Shown here: piece by piece, positions 54,230 to 64,000 of the stretch | How the letters are laid out: each line of letters begins with the position of its first letter | Numbering within the stretch: the stretch's first letter is position 1 | Assembly (NCBI GenBank): GCA_902763535.1 | Contig: CACWSG010000006.1 | Span: forward strand, 3,352 to 67,351 | Direction: 5' to 3' | Origin: an uncultured Pseudomonadota bacterium | GTDB taxonomy: Bacteria > Pseudomonadota > Alphaproteobacteria > RF32 > CAG-239 | Length of the DNA: 64,000 nucleotides | Program-made: the position numbers and the translations under genes | Notes under the pieces: model-generated | The model's database searches: none | The model's input: the letters and a program-made list of their open reading frames with translations, nothing else | What the model was told of the DNA's origin: nothing

Positions 54230-57200
54230 ATGACATACACCAAATCATCACTAAATTTATTGTTTTTCGCCGTTTTCGGCAGCATCGTTGGATACAGCTC
54301 TGCAATATATGCTGCTTCTATTGATGTTTTTTCCAATAGCAATTACTATGATACAACTAATAATATCGTCACAAGCCCTAACACTGATCCTGATAATAAT
54401 CCGATTATTGATGCCGGTAATTATGCTGACTACATTACATTTGGCAATTCAACTCCATCAGATTTGATTACTATATCAGGATTTAGTGGCTCTCCTTTTG
54501 TCTTGCAGGGACAAAGCGTTTTTATCAATCCGTTGGCCATAGATGTGGCTTCTCCTCAGGAGCTGCAAATAAACGGCACTCTCATAAATGATGCCCACAC
54601 CAGCAGTGATATTACAGACCTCAGCAAAATTATTCTGCGTATCAATAATTACGATGATGGCAACGAGCAACATAATGGAAACTTAAATCTCATAAGCTCT
54701 ATCATGCTTGGCGATTTATATATTGATCATGAAGCAAAATTAACCAGTATCAACAATGACATAACAATCAACCTCTATGGTGATATATCATTTCTTGGAG
54801 ATGCCTATATTCTGCACGATGCCGAAATGAATATCAAGCAAATGGGGCAAGGTTCCATCACCTCATCTCAAATGCTCACCATATCAGGAACCTCTTTTTC
54901 AACCGATGTCACCCTCAACAACTTAGGTAATCTGGCCATCAAATCAAATACCACTCAATTTCAAAATGTTAACAATGATGGTAATATCCAAACATCTAAA
55001 AACACCACCTTCCAAGGAACTGTTACCAACAGCGGTTCTGCTACTCTCAACACTGCCGGAAATACCACTTTCAATAGCCAAGTATCCAACAAAGATTCCG
55101 CAATTATAACTACCAACGGCACGACCACTTTTAAAGGAAGCGTCACCAATGGTGATAATGCTCAATTTATCACTCAAGGAACAACCGAATTTCAAGATGT
55201 CTTTAACAATACAGACCAAGGAGAACTGTATGCTAAAAATGCTATCTTCAGCATTGTAAATAACTCCGGATCTGCTTATGTGGAAACCGTTGATAGTCAA
55301 TTTACAACTTTTAACAATACCGATAGTGCTACCCTCCATATTGAAAACAGCGCAACCGGAACTTTCAACAATAACAATCAAGCTTCTATACACATAGATT
55401 CCGGAACTGTAAATGGAACTATCAATAACAAAAATTCGGCAAACATCAAAACCTCTAATGCAATCCTGAACGGATCTATCAACAATACTGATTCAGCTGC
55501 TATAACAACCACTGGAAGCACAACTTTTACTAGCAATGTTAACAATAACGGCTCAGCCAAAATAACAACAAACGGGGTCGTAACCTTTAACGAAATTAAT
55601 AACAGTAATTTTGCCACCATCACCACTAATGGCACCGCCAACTTCAACGACGACATAACCAACAATAATAATGCCCAAATAACCACCAATGATACAGCCA
55701 GATTTTCTGGTACCGTCAGTAACAATCAAAATTCTAAAATCAATCTCAACGGAACAACCGATTTTTACGAAGCCGTTACCAACAGTGATCATGGGGAAAT
55801 TAATATCGCCGATACAACTGTTTTTCACGATACTTTCAGCAATGATACCGGTAGTTCGTTAAATATCAGAGGAGAAACAACTTTCGAACAGGCCGTAACC
55901 AACTATGGATACTCCAGCTCTTTGTATCCAACTATTAATATCAGCAAACAAACTGCATTTAACGGCAATCTCACCAATGGTCTTTATGCCAGAGTTCTTG
56001 TTAACGACACAACCCATTTTTCTTCCGTAACCAACGAAGGAAACATTACAACCAATGCATATTCTGATTTTAGCGGAACATTTAACAACCAAAACAATTT
56101 TACCGCTAATAATGATGTTGCCTTTAACAATACTGTTACCAACGGTGCATCGGCAACAATGTCTCTCAACGGAACTTCAACTTTTGACAGTGATGTTTCA
56201 AATGCCGGACAAATTAATATCAATGGAAATGGCAATTTCCAGCAGAGTTTCACCAACTCGGGAGATTTTTACGCCACTAACAATGTCACTTTTGCTCAAA
56301 ATGTAACCAATGATGGTTATATGAGTTTTACCAGTCCTGTAAGCTTTGATGGATCGGTTACCAACAATTCGACTTTAATAGCTCAAGATAATGTCAATAT
56401 TGCCGGTACCATAAACAACTCTGCTAACGCTACAATGACCATAAACAAAATTAATTTTAACAATTCTTCGGCAACACTGACTAATGACGGCACATTAAAT
56501 TTAACCGATGCCACCCTGTCTAATCAATTAATTAACAACGCCACTGGTTATTTTTACCTCAAAGGATTAACCACCTTAAATAATGATTGGTTTTCCTCAG
56601 GAAATATGAGCATAGCTCCAAATTCAACTCTGCAATTGGATAATCATAAACTCACCTACGCCGGAAGCAACGCCCTTAATTTAAGCAACGGATCATCGGT
56701 TGTTTTTAATGTCAACCAAGACAGTCAAACCAACGGTGGAATTTTGGGTAATGTAAAACTAAATGGCAATGTTTCGCTAAATCCTGTTTTTGCCTATGGT
56801 GTTACAGATGGCACCTACAATTTTATCGTTGGCACAGTTGATGACAGCAACGGAACTTGGATCGATTATGATAACAACTTACTTTACAATATTTCTGTTG
56901 AAAATAATAGTTCTCTTGCTTACAAGAAAAAGACCTCCGATGAAATTACTTCTTCGCTGAATATTGATGAAAATCAAGCCAAAACTTTGGATGCTGTTAT
57001 GTCAAGCGACAGTGATAATGCTTCTTTCAATCAAGTTGCCGAAAATATCAGCACTTTATTGCAATCAACCGACACCGCCCAAAAGCAAAAAGCCCTTGAT
57101 CTTGTTGAGGCCATAACACCGGAAACCTCTCCCATGACCCAACAAGTTGCGGCACAAATATCCGGAGAAGTATTTGATGTGGTCGGAGCCCGTTTAGCTC

Positions 57201-58057
57201 ATCGCCCATCACCGCAATATCGCGGCAAACATCGTGGTCTTTCCTCCGGCGACAATATTTTTGAAACCGGTGCAATGTGGGTTCAGGGAATGGGCAGCAA
57301 AGCCGAGCTTAAAGATACAGACAAATTGCGTGGCTTTGAAGCAACTACCGCCGGCATGGCAATGGGCTTCGAAAAACAAGCTAACGACAATATCCGAGTT
57401 GGTTTGGGCTACGCTTACAGCCAAACCGAAATTGACAGCGATATACGCAATGCTGATGTTTCAACCCACAGCGCAATATTCTATTCCGAATACAAACACC
57501 CGCGCTTTTTCATGAATGTTATTGCCAATTACGGATGGTCTGATTATGATGAAAGCAACTTAGCGGCTTCTGCTGATTATGTTGTTGAATCCTTAGGAAT
57601 GCAAGCCATGATTGGTTATTATGGCTTAACCAATGGTGTTGTTCGACTATTGCCCGAAGCCGGAGTGCGTTACATTCATACCAAACAACATGAATACACT
57701 AATTCCATAGGTGTAACTTATGACAATACCAGTAATGATGTTTTCACCGGTATCGTAGGCGCCCGCATAACTGCCATCGGCGGCAATGCTAATGGTCTCA
57801 AAATTATTCCTGAAGCCAAAATCGCTTTCACTTATGATATTGAAAATGGTGAAGATAATGAAACTTTGGTCACCTTACCTAACGGAGCAAGCTATACTGT
57901 ACATGGCAAAGGGCTCAATCGTTTTGGTATTGAAGTCGGTGCCGGCATAACTGCAGAAATTAATGATAAAGTTGATTTATCGGTGACTTATGAAGGTCGC
58001 TTCCGCAAGGATTATAGTGATCACACCGGAATGGTAAAAGGGCAATACAAATTTTAG
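54230..58057 (+). CDS. Autotransporter with an Asn/Thr-rich repetitive passenger and a C-terminal beta-barrel
   Basis: Signal peptide. ~19-20-aa units (N.GSA.ITT.G.TTF...V.N) across aa ~230-760. Barrel region GMAMGFEKQ...VGLGYAYS..., terminal F. Confidence 0.85.
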   Translation: MTYTKSSLNLLFFAVFGSIVGYSSAIYAASIDVFSNSNYYDTTNNIVTSPNTDPDNNPIIDAGNYADYITFGNSTPSDLITISGFSGSPFVLQGQSVFINPLAIDVASPQELQINGTLINDAHTSSDITDLSKIILRINNYDDGNEQHNGNLNLISSIMLGDLYIDHEAKLTSINNDITINLYGDISFLGDAYILHDAEMNIKQMGQGSITSSQMLTISGTSFSTDVTLNNLGNLAIKSNTTQFQNVNNDGNIQTSKNTTFQGTVTNSGSATLNTAGNTTFNSQVSNKDSAIITTNGTTTFKGSVTNGDNAQFITQGTTEFQDVFNNTDQGELYAKNAIFSIVNNSGSAYVETVDSQFTTFNNTDSATLHIENSATGTFNNNNQASIHIDSGTVNGTINNKNSANIKTSNAILNGSINNTDSAAITTTGSTTFTSNVNNNGSAKITTNGVVTFNEINNSNFATITTNGTANFNDDITNNNNAQITTNDTARFSGTVSNNQNSKINLNGTTDFYEAVTNSDHGEINIADTTVFHDTFSNDTGSSLNIRGETTFEQAVTNYGYSSSLYPTINISKQTAFNGNLTNGLYARVLVNDTTHFSSVTNEGNITTNAYSDFSGTFNNQNNFTANNDVAFNNTVTNGASATMSLNGTSTFDSDVSNAGQININGNGNFQQSFTNSGDFYATNNVTFAQNVTNDGYMSFTSPVSFDGSVTNNSTLIAQDNVNIAGTINNSANATMTINKINFNNSSATLTNDGTLNLTDATLSNQLINNATGYFYLKGLTTLNNDWFSSGNMSIAPNSTLQLDNHKLTYAGSNALNLSNGSSVVFNVNQDSQTNGGILGNVKLNGNVSLNPVFAYGVTDGTYNFIVGTVDDSNGTWIDYDNNLLYNISVENNSSLAYKKKTSDEITSSLNIDENQAKTLDAVMSSDSDNASFNQVAENISTLLQSTDTAQKQKALDLVEAITPETSPMTQQVAAQISGEVFDVVGARLAHRPSPQYRGKHRGLSSGDNIFETGAMWVQGMGSKAELKDTDKLRGFEATTAGMAMGFEKQANDNIRVGLGYAYSQTEIDSDIRNADVSTHSAIFYSEYKHPRFFMNVIANYGWSDYDESNLAASADYVVESLGMQAMIGYYGLTNGVVRLLPEAGVRYIHTKQHEYTNSIGVTYDNTSNDVFTGIVGARITAIGGNANGLKIIPEAKIAFTYDIENGEDNETLVTLPNGASYTVHGKGLNRFGIEVGAGITAEINDKVDLSVTYEGRFRKDYSDHTGMVKGQYKF

Positions 58058-58077
58058 CTCACCCCACATACATTTAG

Positions 58078-58117
58078 CTTGTAGTCGAACTCCTCATCTC
58101 AGGAGTTCGATCCCTGT
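58078..58117 (+). repeat. T-arm-derived hairpin element (CTTGTAGTC + TCGAACTCCT-CATCT-CAGGAGTTCGATCCCTG) convergent on tRNA-Ala(GGC)
   Basis: The stem equals the tRNA-Ala(GGC) T-arm AGGAGTTCGATCC. The tail ATTTTCTCTC...AATAAAAA is shared with the tRNA-Trp copy. Confidence 0.8.
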
Positions 58118-58167
58118 CATTTTCTCTCAATAAAAAAAGACCACCATAAAGGTGATCTTTTTTTAAT

Positions 58168-58243
<76 letters not shown>

Positions 58244-58390
58244 ATAACTGTAAAACTTGTGCTCAACATAACCATATTTTTTTTTAATGTCAAGTGAAAA
58301 AAAATATTGCCAAATTATCTTTTTTTCTAATATAATCCACCTCGATTTTTTAAGTCTATGTATTTATTGTTTAATCCAAAAATTTAATTT

Positions 58391-59083
58391 ATGCAAAGTA
58401 AAGTTATTTTGATTCCAATGTTCGGTCTCCCCGGCAGTGGCAAAGGTTCTGTAATGGCTAATCTGAAAAAAATGGCCGAGGGTAGCACCATCTTCTCAAT
58501 CATCACGGTTGAAATGGGAGCTTATTTTCGTAAAAAAGCTCAAACCGACGGCCCTATCAAAGACATTATGGACTCCGGCGGACTCATCAGCAACTCTTTT
58601 GTTAACGAAGTTTTTGAGGAACTGTTGAACGCTTCGGTTGCGGCTCCGCTTTTTGCCGGTGAAAACCTCAAAGAAAAGATGATTGTTCTGCTTGATGGTT
58701 ATCCCAGAACTCTGCCTCAATGGGAGCACTTCTTGGAATACCGAGCAGAAAAAAATCTTTCCGTTGCCGGCATCTTCGTTGAATTGGAGGAGAAAATTGT
58801 AATGCACCGATCCACCATTCGGCGCATCTGCCCCAAATGTGGAGGTACCTTCTCGACCGAAGAATACCAACTCTGCCCGCATTGCGGAAAGTCCGAGGGT
58901 ATTCGCCGTGCTGACGACCTCAAGATGGAGCGCAGGGTTCGTGTCTTTAACGAGGAAACAGCGCCGGTGATTGAAGAAGCCAAAAGCATCTTTGAACACC
59001 AGATAACTGTCAGCGGCGAAGATACCAAACTGGCCTCGCAACAAGTCTGGGATTTCATAGTACAGGAACTTTGGAAGCTCTAA
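58391..59083 (+). CDS. Adenylate kinase-family protein (divergent, zinc-ribbon lid)
   Basis: GLPGSGKGS P-loop, LLDGYPRTLPQ, lid CPKCGG...CPHCG, RADD...R. Atypical C-ending codon usage. Confidence 0.7.
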   Translation: MQSKVILIPMFGLPGSGKGSVMANLKKMAEGSTIFSIITVEMGAYFRKKAQTDGPIKDIMDSGGLISNSFVNEVFEELLNASVAAPLFAGENLKEKMIVLLDGYPRTLPQWEHFLEYRAEKNLSVAGIFVELEEKIVMHRSTIRRICPKCGGTFSTEEYQLCPHCGKSEGIRRADDLKMERRVRVFNEETAPVIEEAKSIFEHQITVSGEDTKLASQQVWDFIVQELWKL

Positions 59084-59157
59084 CTAATTTATTAAGCCCC
59101 AATCGTGAGATTCGGGCTTTTGCTTTTGATTATTTGTAAAATTAAAAACTGATAATT

Positions 59158-59616
59158 ATGAAAAGAACTCTTCTCGTCGTCATGCAAGGTATGATGAAAG
59201 AAAACTTGGTCCCCTTAGTGATTACAGAGCTGAAAAAGCAGCCCTTTGTCAAAGAACTGGGGGATGAGTTGTCCACCGATGAGCTTGCCGCTTTTAAGAA
59301 GGCTATGAGTAGACCGATTAAAGATGGTGTTGTTCTTGAACAGACCGATATTGCTTACAAACACTTGGTCAATGCTTGTCATAATGGGCAAGCAACTCTA
59401 TTGGTAACCGACATTACCAGTCCGGTTCTTAAAGCCGTGGCAGAAGGCAATCATTTTTGCGATAAAATCATTATGCTTACCATCAGTGAGCCAGACGCTC
59501 AAGTTTACGAAAAGTCGTTGCGCGCTCTCATTGAAACCGCTATCAAAGGTCGGCATATTCTGACTTTTAACGAAGATGTAGCCTCTATTGCCCAAACCAT
59601 ATTGTCGCAAATTTAA
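59158..59616 (+). CDS. Hypothetical protein, co-oriented partner of the Adk-like gene
   Basis: ORF with the same atypical codon usage; no family recognised. Confidence 0.5.
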   Translation: MKRTLLVVMQGMMKENLVPLVITELKKQPFVKELGDELSTDELAAFKKAMSRPIKDGVVLEQTDIAYKHLVNACHNGQATLLVTDITSPVLKAVAEGNHFCDKIIMLTISEPDAQVYEKSLRALIETAIKGRHILTFNEDVASIAQTILSQI

Positions 59617-59626
59617 TCGACTACAC

Positions 59627-59666
59627 AAAAGCCCGAATTTTTCATCATTCGGGCTTTTATTTTTTA
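59627..59666. terminator. Bidirectional terminator
   Basis: AAAAGCCCGAAT-TTTTCATC-ATTCGGGCTTTTATTTTTT. Confidence 0.85.
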
Positions 59667-60134
59667 AGAATCTGACGGATAGCGTTTGTGATGTCCTGTC
59701 TTACACGCCATTGCCCATGACATTAACAACTCTTGTTCTTTTGTTCCCTCATCAACCTGTTCGGCCATAATTTTAAATCCGTTTTTTTGATAAAAGCGCA
59801 AAGCATCTTTATTTTTTGCAAAAACCTTTAAGCTTAATTCCGGATAAATATTTTTAAGATAACCCAACAATTTAGACCCGATTTTCTGATTTTGATATTT
59901 TTTTGCCACAAACAATGCCCCCACATATCTATCATCAATAGCGCTGATAAATCCTTTTATTTGGTGCTTATCTTCAAAAACATAAGTTTCTGTGTTGGGC
60001 AAATAATATTTGCGTACCGATGGCACCATTTTTTGCCAATATTCCGCAGCAACAAAATCATGTGATTGCTTTGATCCGTCCAACCAAATTTCTAACATTT
60101 TTTCAATATCTGCATTTGTCGATTTTCTAATCAT
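59664..60134 (-). CDS. GNAT-family N-acetyltransferase
   Basis: LFVAKKYQNQKIGSKLL acetyl-CoA loop and FYQKNGF. Confidence 0.8.
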   Translation of the reverse strand: MIRKSTNADIEKMLEIWLDGSKQSHDFVAAEYWQKMVPSVRKYYLPNTETYVFEDKHQIKGFISAIDDRYVGALFVAKKYQNQKIGSKLLGYLKNIYPELSLKVFAKNKDALRFYQKNGFKIMAEQVDEGTKEQELLMSWAMACKTGHHKRYPSDS

Positions 60135-61075
60135 CTGTATTTCTTTCTTAAACCTGCTCTTTTTAATTTGCGTTCCATAAATAGGCGATGAGCTCTGCGA
60201 TAAACCACAACCGACTTGGCATGAGTTCGCAATATGATATTAAATTCTTTCATTGTCAGAACAACACCCCAAGTTACCAAAATTGCACCCACCATAATCT
60301 GCCAATCAATTTCATCGTCAAACATTATCACACCGGCGGCAATACCGAATATAATACGCAAGGTACTGAATGGTGCAATTTTATTAACCCCGTTAGCAGC
60401 AATTAGCCTCTGCCACATAAACATTGCAAAAGTCAGTACCACAACTTCAAACGCCATCGGCCAACCGGCAACATCCCAATTAACTTCTGCCAACTTGCGA
60501 TAATCATAATGCTCATAAAAAATTGAGCCTATTGCCGTAAACGGCAAGGCAAATAAATAAGAATAGGCTGCAAAAACCGGAACAGATATGTGTTTGGTAT
60601 CCTTAAACACAATCTGGCAAAACCCCCAAAATATACGTGATAAAAGAATAAGTGCCACACCGACAAAGCTCATGTCGGGAATTCCCATAATCACAGCTAC
60701 TCCGACAAAAGACAGCAAGATTGACATAGATTGTTTAAAGTTAATGCTCTCCTTTGCCCAAATACAGGCCATAATTACCGAAATCGGACCTTCAGTTTGC
60801 AGCAATAACGAGCACGCTGACGGCGACAGGTCGCGATAAGCCACATATATAAGCAAATTTACGATAACATTTGAAGTTAATGCCACCATAAACATTTGTT
60901 TTAATTCGCGTTTATATGGCCGCGCAAAAGGCAAAAATATTGCCGCAGTTATGGCATAACGGATGGTTAAAAAGGTATAAGGCGGTATCTCCTGCAATCC
61001 GAGTTTACTTATTGCCGGATTGATACCCCAAATAAATACCACCAATAATGCGCCTAAAACAGCCGTAATTTTCAT
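60131..61075 (-). CDS. DMT-superfamily (EamA) transporter
   Basis: Ten predicted TM helices in a two-EamA-repeat arrangement. Confidence 0.8.
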   Translation of the reverse strand: MKITAVLGALLVVFIWGINPAISKLGLQEIPPYTFLTIRYAITAAIFLPFARPYKRELKQMFMVALTSNVIVNLLIYVAYRDLSPSACSLLLQTEGPISVIMACIWAKESINFKQSMSILLSFVGVAVIMGIPDMSFVGVALILLSRIFWGFCQIVFKDTKHISVPVFAAYSYLFALPFTAIGSIFYEHYDYRKLAEVNWDVAGWPMAFEVVVLTFAMFMWQRLIAANGVNKIAPFSTLRIIFGIAAGVIMFDDEIDWQIMVGAILVTWGVVLTMKEFNIILRTHAKSVVVYRRAHRLFMERKLKRAGLRKKYR

Positions 61076-61084
61076 AGTTCTTTC

Positions 61085-63073
61085 CTATATGTCCAAATCA
61101 CCTGCAAACTTAGCCTGCTCAATAATAAACTTAAATCTTTGCTCCGGATCTTTGCCCATCAACCGCTCAACCTGTCTTCTGGTCGCAAAATCCTCTTCTC
61201 TGCCTTCTTCGGTAGCAGTTGACGGAATCATAACTCGCAGCAACATACGATTTTTCTTATCCATTGTAGTTTCTTTAAGTTGTTGCGAACTCATCTCACC
61301 CAACCCTTTAAATCTGCTGATATCAGGCTTTTGATTGCCCTTAACAACTTTTGCTAATATTCTATCTTTATCCTCATCATCCAAGGCATAATAATTCTTG
61401 CCTCCGACCGCTATTTTATACAATGGAGGAGTTGCGATAAACAAATGCCCGTTGGCAATTAATTGCGGCATATGCTGATAGAAGAAAGTCATCAACAATG
61501 ATGCAATATGTGCACCATCAACATCAGCATCGGTCATAATAATGATTTTTTCATAACGCAGATTTTCTTCTTTGTAATTATCTTTAGTGCCGCAACCAAG
61601 AGCCTCTATCATATCTTTAATTTCTTGATTTTGCGTAATTTTTTCAATTGAGGCACTGGCCACATTCAAAATTTTGCCCCTCAAAGGCAAAATTGCCTGA
61701 GTTTGTCTGTCTCTTCCCTGCTTAGCCGATCCGCCTGCCGAATCACCCTCAACAATAAAAATCTCGGTATTTTCAGCCGCCGCTTGTGAACAATCGGCCA
61801 GCTTTCCGGGAAGCCGTAAGCGCTTGGTTGGGCTTTTACGAATTTTTTCTTTTTCTTCTTTTTTCTTTTTGCGCAATTCAGCTCTGTCTATGGCATACTC
61901 CAACAAGGCCGCCGCATTTTCCAAATCAGACGACAACCAGTGATCAAACGAATCTTTAACTGCAGTTTCAACCAAACGAATTGCTTTATTAGATGTAAGT
62001 TTATCTTTGGTTTGTCCTTGAAATTGCGGATCGCGAATAAACACTGACAACATCATTGATGCATCAGCCAAAAAATCTTCCGCCGTCAAAGATGCCGCCT
62101 TTTTGTTATTCACCATTTCACCATATTCTTTTAAGCCTCTCAACAAAGCAGACCTAAAACCTGCTTCGTGCGTTCCGCCAAAGGGTGTTATTACCGTATT
62201 GCAGTATGAATAACAAAATCCATTCTCGTCTTCAGGCCATGTAATTGCCCATTCGACCTTTCCCTCATCATTATCCAGCGGAGCCTCTCCATAAAACGGC
62301 TTGCGATTGATAATAGCTTTTGAACCGACCGAATAGTTCAAAAAGTCCAACAGCCCGTTGGGAAAACACAATTCTTCACTTACCGGTACTGCATCTCCTT
62401 CCTTAATAAGCTCCGGAGCACACTGCCAATAAATCTTTACTCCCTTAAATAAAAAAGCTTTCGAGCGCGCCATTCGAAAAACTCTAATCGGTGAAAGCAG
62501 TGTACTTTCGCCGAAAATTTCTTCATCGGGCTTGAATGTTATAGATGTACCGCGGCGGTTTGATACCGGACCGACCAGTTCCAAATCTCCCAGAGGCTTA
62601 CCTTTAGCATATTCTTGACGATAAAGTTTTTTATCTCTCGCAACTTCTATGACCAAACTTTTTGACAAAGCGTTAACCACAGACAAACCGACACCATGCA
62701 ACCCACCCGAAACTTTATAGGCATTCCCGCCAAATTTTCCTCCGGAATGCAAAGTAGTTAAAATCACTTCCAATGCTGATTTATTTGGATACTTGGGATG
62801 ATTATCAACCGGAATACCGCGCCCGTTATCAACAATTGTTACCGATCGATCGGCATTCAAAATAACATCTATACGATTAGCAAATCCGGCAACAGCCTCA
62901 TCCATTGAATTATCAAGTATTTCAGCCACCAAATGATGTAAAGCTGTCTCATCAACACCGCCGATATACATTCCCGGACGATGTCTTACCGGCTCCAGCC
63001 CTTCTAAAACTTCAATTGACTGAGCATCATAAACCTGCGAAGCGCTGATATTTGCGTCAAACAAATCTGCCAT
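61085..63073 (-). CDS. parE: Type IIA topoisomerase ATPase subunit, most likely topoisomerase IV subunit B
   Basis: VRHRPGMYIGG, EGDSAGGSAKQGRDR and PLRGKILNV motifs. At 662 aa it lacks the long insertion of proteobacterial GyrB. Confidence 0.8.
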   Translation of the reverse strand: MADLFDANISASQVYDAQSIEVLEGLEPVRHRPGMYIGGVDETALHHLVAEILDNSMDEAVAGFANRIDVILNADRSVTIVDNGRGIPVDNHPKYPNKSALEVILTTLHSGGKFGGNAYKVSGGLHGVGLSVVNALSKSLVIEVARDKKLYRQEYAKGKPLGDLELVGPVSNRRGTSITFKPDEEIFGESTLLSPIRVFRMARSKAFLFKGVKIYWQCAPELIKEGDAVPVSEELCFPNGLLDFLNYSVGSKAIINRKPFYGEAPLDNDEGKVEWAITWPEDENGFCYSYCNTVITPFGGTHEAGFRSALLRGLKEYGEMVNNKKAASLTAEDFLADASMMLSVFIRDPQFQGQTKDKLTSNKAIRLVETAVKDSFDHWLSSDLENAAALLEYAIDRAELRKKKKEEKEKIRKSPTKRLRLPGKLADCSQAAAENTEIFIVEGDSAGGSAKQGRDRQTQAILPLRGKILNVASASIEKITQNQEIKDMIEALGCGTKDNYKEENLRYEKIIIMTDADVDGAHIASLLMTFFYQHMPQLIANGHLFIATPPLYKIAVGGKNYYALDDEDKDRILAKVVKGNQKPDISRFKGLGEMSSQQLKETTMDKKNRMLLRVMIPSTATEEGREEDFATRRQVERLMGKDPEQRFKFIIEQAKFAGDLDI

Positions 63074-63176
63074 TATAAACCTATCCCTTTCAACTGGCTT
63101 GAAAATATAACAAAACTTCCTTTTTCACAAGCAGATTTTTTAACATTCAACAAATCTTTTATTTATTAACCTTAAA

Positions 63177-64000
63177 TTATTTACCACTATATATAACCAA
63201 TGAATTATGATTATTCGATTGAGCCAAACGCGTAGCCTCTATTGTATGTTCAACCAACTCTTTGGCGGAAGATGCATCGTTGGGAAAAAGGCTGCACCCC
63301 ACCGAATAAACCAAATCATGCCGCATAAAGTTGTCACTGATTCCTGCGTCCAAAATCTCTTTTATTATTTTCAAGTAAGCTTTCATCTCTGAATCATTAT
63401 GCACGCCATTCAACAATATCCAAAAATGGTATTTTAAGCCTTTTGCAACTGTGATGGTCTTAGGCAAATTAAACACCAAATTATCCGCCAACTTTTTAAC
63501 TACCACATCATCCAAATTAAGCTTTTTAAAATCTTTCATATTATCAATGTTAATAGCCAAAACGCCTATTTTTTGCCGATTAGCCTCTTCCTTGATGGAA
63601 TTCGCCATCAATACAGCCATCTGCAAACGATCTTCAAACAAAAAGAAACTGGGCAAACCTGTATCTTCATCATACAAGGCATTATTGGTGATTTTTTTCT
63701 TGCTTTGTAATTTTTCGCCAAAGATTATAAAAGAAAAATGTTCAATATCCGGCAGATAAACAGCCTTTAGGGTAACTTCTTGTATTTTATCATTATTACA
63801 ATTAAATCTGACACTTATTTCTTTGTGATTAGTCAGCATATCGGCAATATTATTAGCTAAAAGATTCCAATCTTCCTGATAAACCAATTCAAAAAATTTA
63901 TGTCCTATCAAATTGGAATTGCCATCAAGCTGTAATAAGGCTCCCACCGCACGATTAACATAAATTATGCTGTCATCTTGCACAATAAACACCGGAAAAT
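63177..64000 (-). CDS. PAS-like plus degenerate GGDEF-like signalling protein (5' end outside the window)
   Basis: IIYVNRAVGALLQ PAS-like segment. YDEDTGLPSFFLFEDRL...IGVLAINIDNMKDF GGDEF scaffold, but it has GLKYH where GGDEF would sit. The frame is open to the window edge. Confidence 0.55.
   Translation of the reverse strand, partial: FPVFIVQDDSIIYVNRAVGALLQLDGNSNLIGHKFFELVYQEDWNLLANNIADMLTNHKEISVRFNCNNDKIQEVTLKAVYLPDIEHFSFIIFGEKLQSKKKITNNALYDEDTGLPSFFLFEDRLQMAVLMANSIKEEANRQKIGVLAINIDNMKDFKKLNLDDVVVKKLADNLVFNLPKTITVAKGLKYHFWILLNGVHNDSEMKAYLKIIKEILDAGISDNFMRHDLVYSVGCSLFPNDASSAKELVEHTIEATRLAQSNNHNSLVIYSGK

Noticed and set aside
54476-57515. The repetitive DNA and many small ORFs within the autotransporter gene, considered as a CRISPR array or a diversity-generating retroelement target
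   Set aside because: The repeats are in-frame, degenerate protein repeats without unique spacers of fixed size. No cas gene, reverse transcriptase or template repeat is visible in the window.
58496-59058. 182-aa and 113-aa minus-strand ORFs
   Set aside because: They are antisense to the Adk-like gene, whose sense frame carries the P-loop, the lid and the other kinase motifs.

Overview
This is a densely coding, AT-rich (by eye, not computed) segment of a Gram-negative chromosome. The core gene order looks alphaproteobacterial: lptF/G-lptD-surA-rsmA, an F0 operon atpI-atpB-atpE-atpF'-atpF with both b and b' subunits, tolQ-tolR-tolA, DUF721/DciA, fliO-fliP and parE. It is combined with anaerobe-style energy genes: a hydC-hydB-hydA trimeric [FeFe] hydrogenase and pyruvate phosphate dikinase. 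Other housekeeping genes are a dimeric-type glycyl-tRNA synthetase, truA, glmM, gpt, tsf, rpsB, galE, ugd, htpX and tcdA. There are four tRNA genes: Ala-CGC, Gln-UUG, Trp-CCA and Ala-GGC. The most unusual signal is non-coding and sits at the tRNA genes. Three of the four tRNAs (Ala-CGC, Trp, Ala-GGC) are followed by a short cassette: a hairpin built from that tRNA's own T-arm plus conserved non-tRNA blocks (CTTGTAGTC). At Trp and Ala-CGC the cassette is closed by a perfect second copy of the tRNA 3' end. tRNA-Gln instead anchors an array of at least three decayed 3'-end copies that delimit small cassettes, including an AT-rich one encoding a CoiA-like nuclease fusion. A second non-coding family is a set of ~80-125-nt imperfect palindromes at convergent gene ends. 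Coding oddities include a translationally coupled Amidoligase_2-like + N-formylglutamate-amidohydrolase-like pair and a CsoR-type repressor with a 14-Cys N-terminal tail and its own operator. There are also three genes with foreign-looking codon usage: a ~30-aa-repeat LPEP protein and an adenylate-kinase-like gene plus partner. Further oddities are a large HExxH protein, an Asn-rich autotransporter, and a lipoprotein hydrolase that seems to start at ATT. I saw no rRNA, CRISPR array, transposase, integrase or reverse transcriptase. All family assignments come from motif recognition by eye, not from searches.
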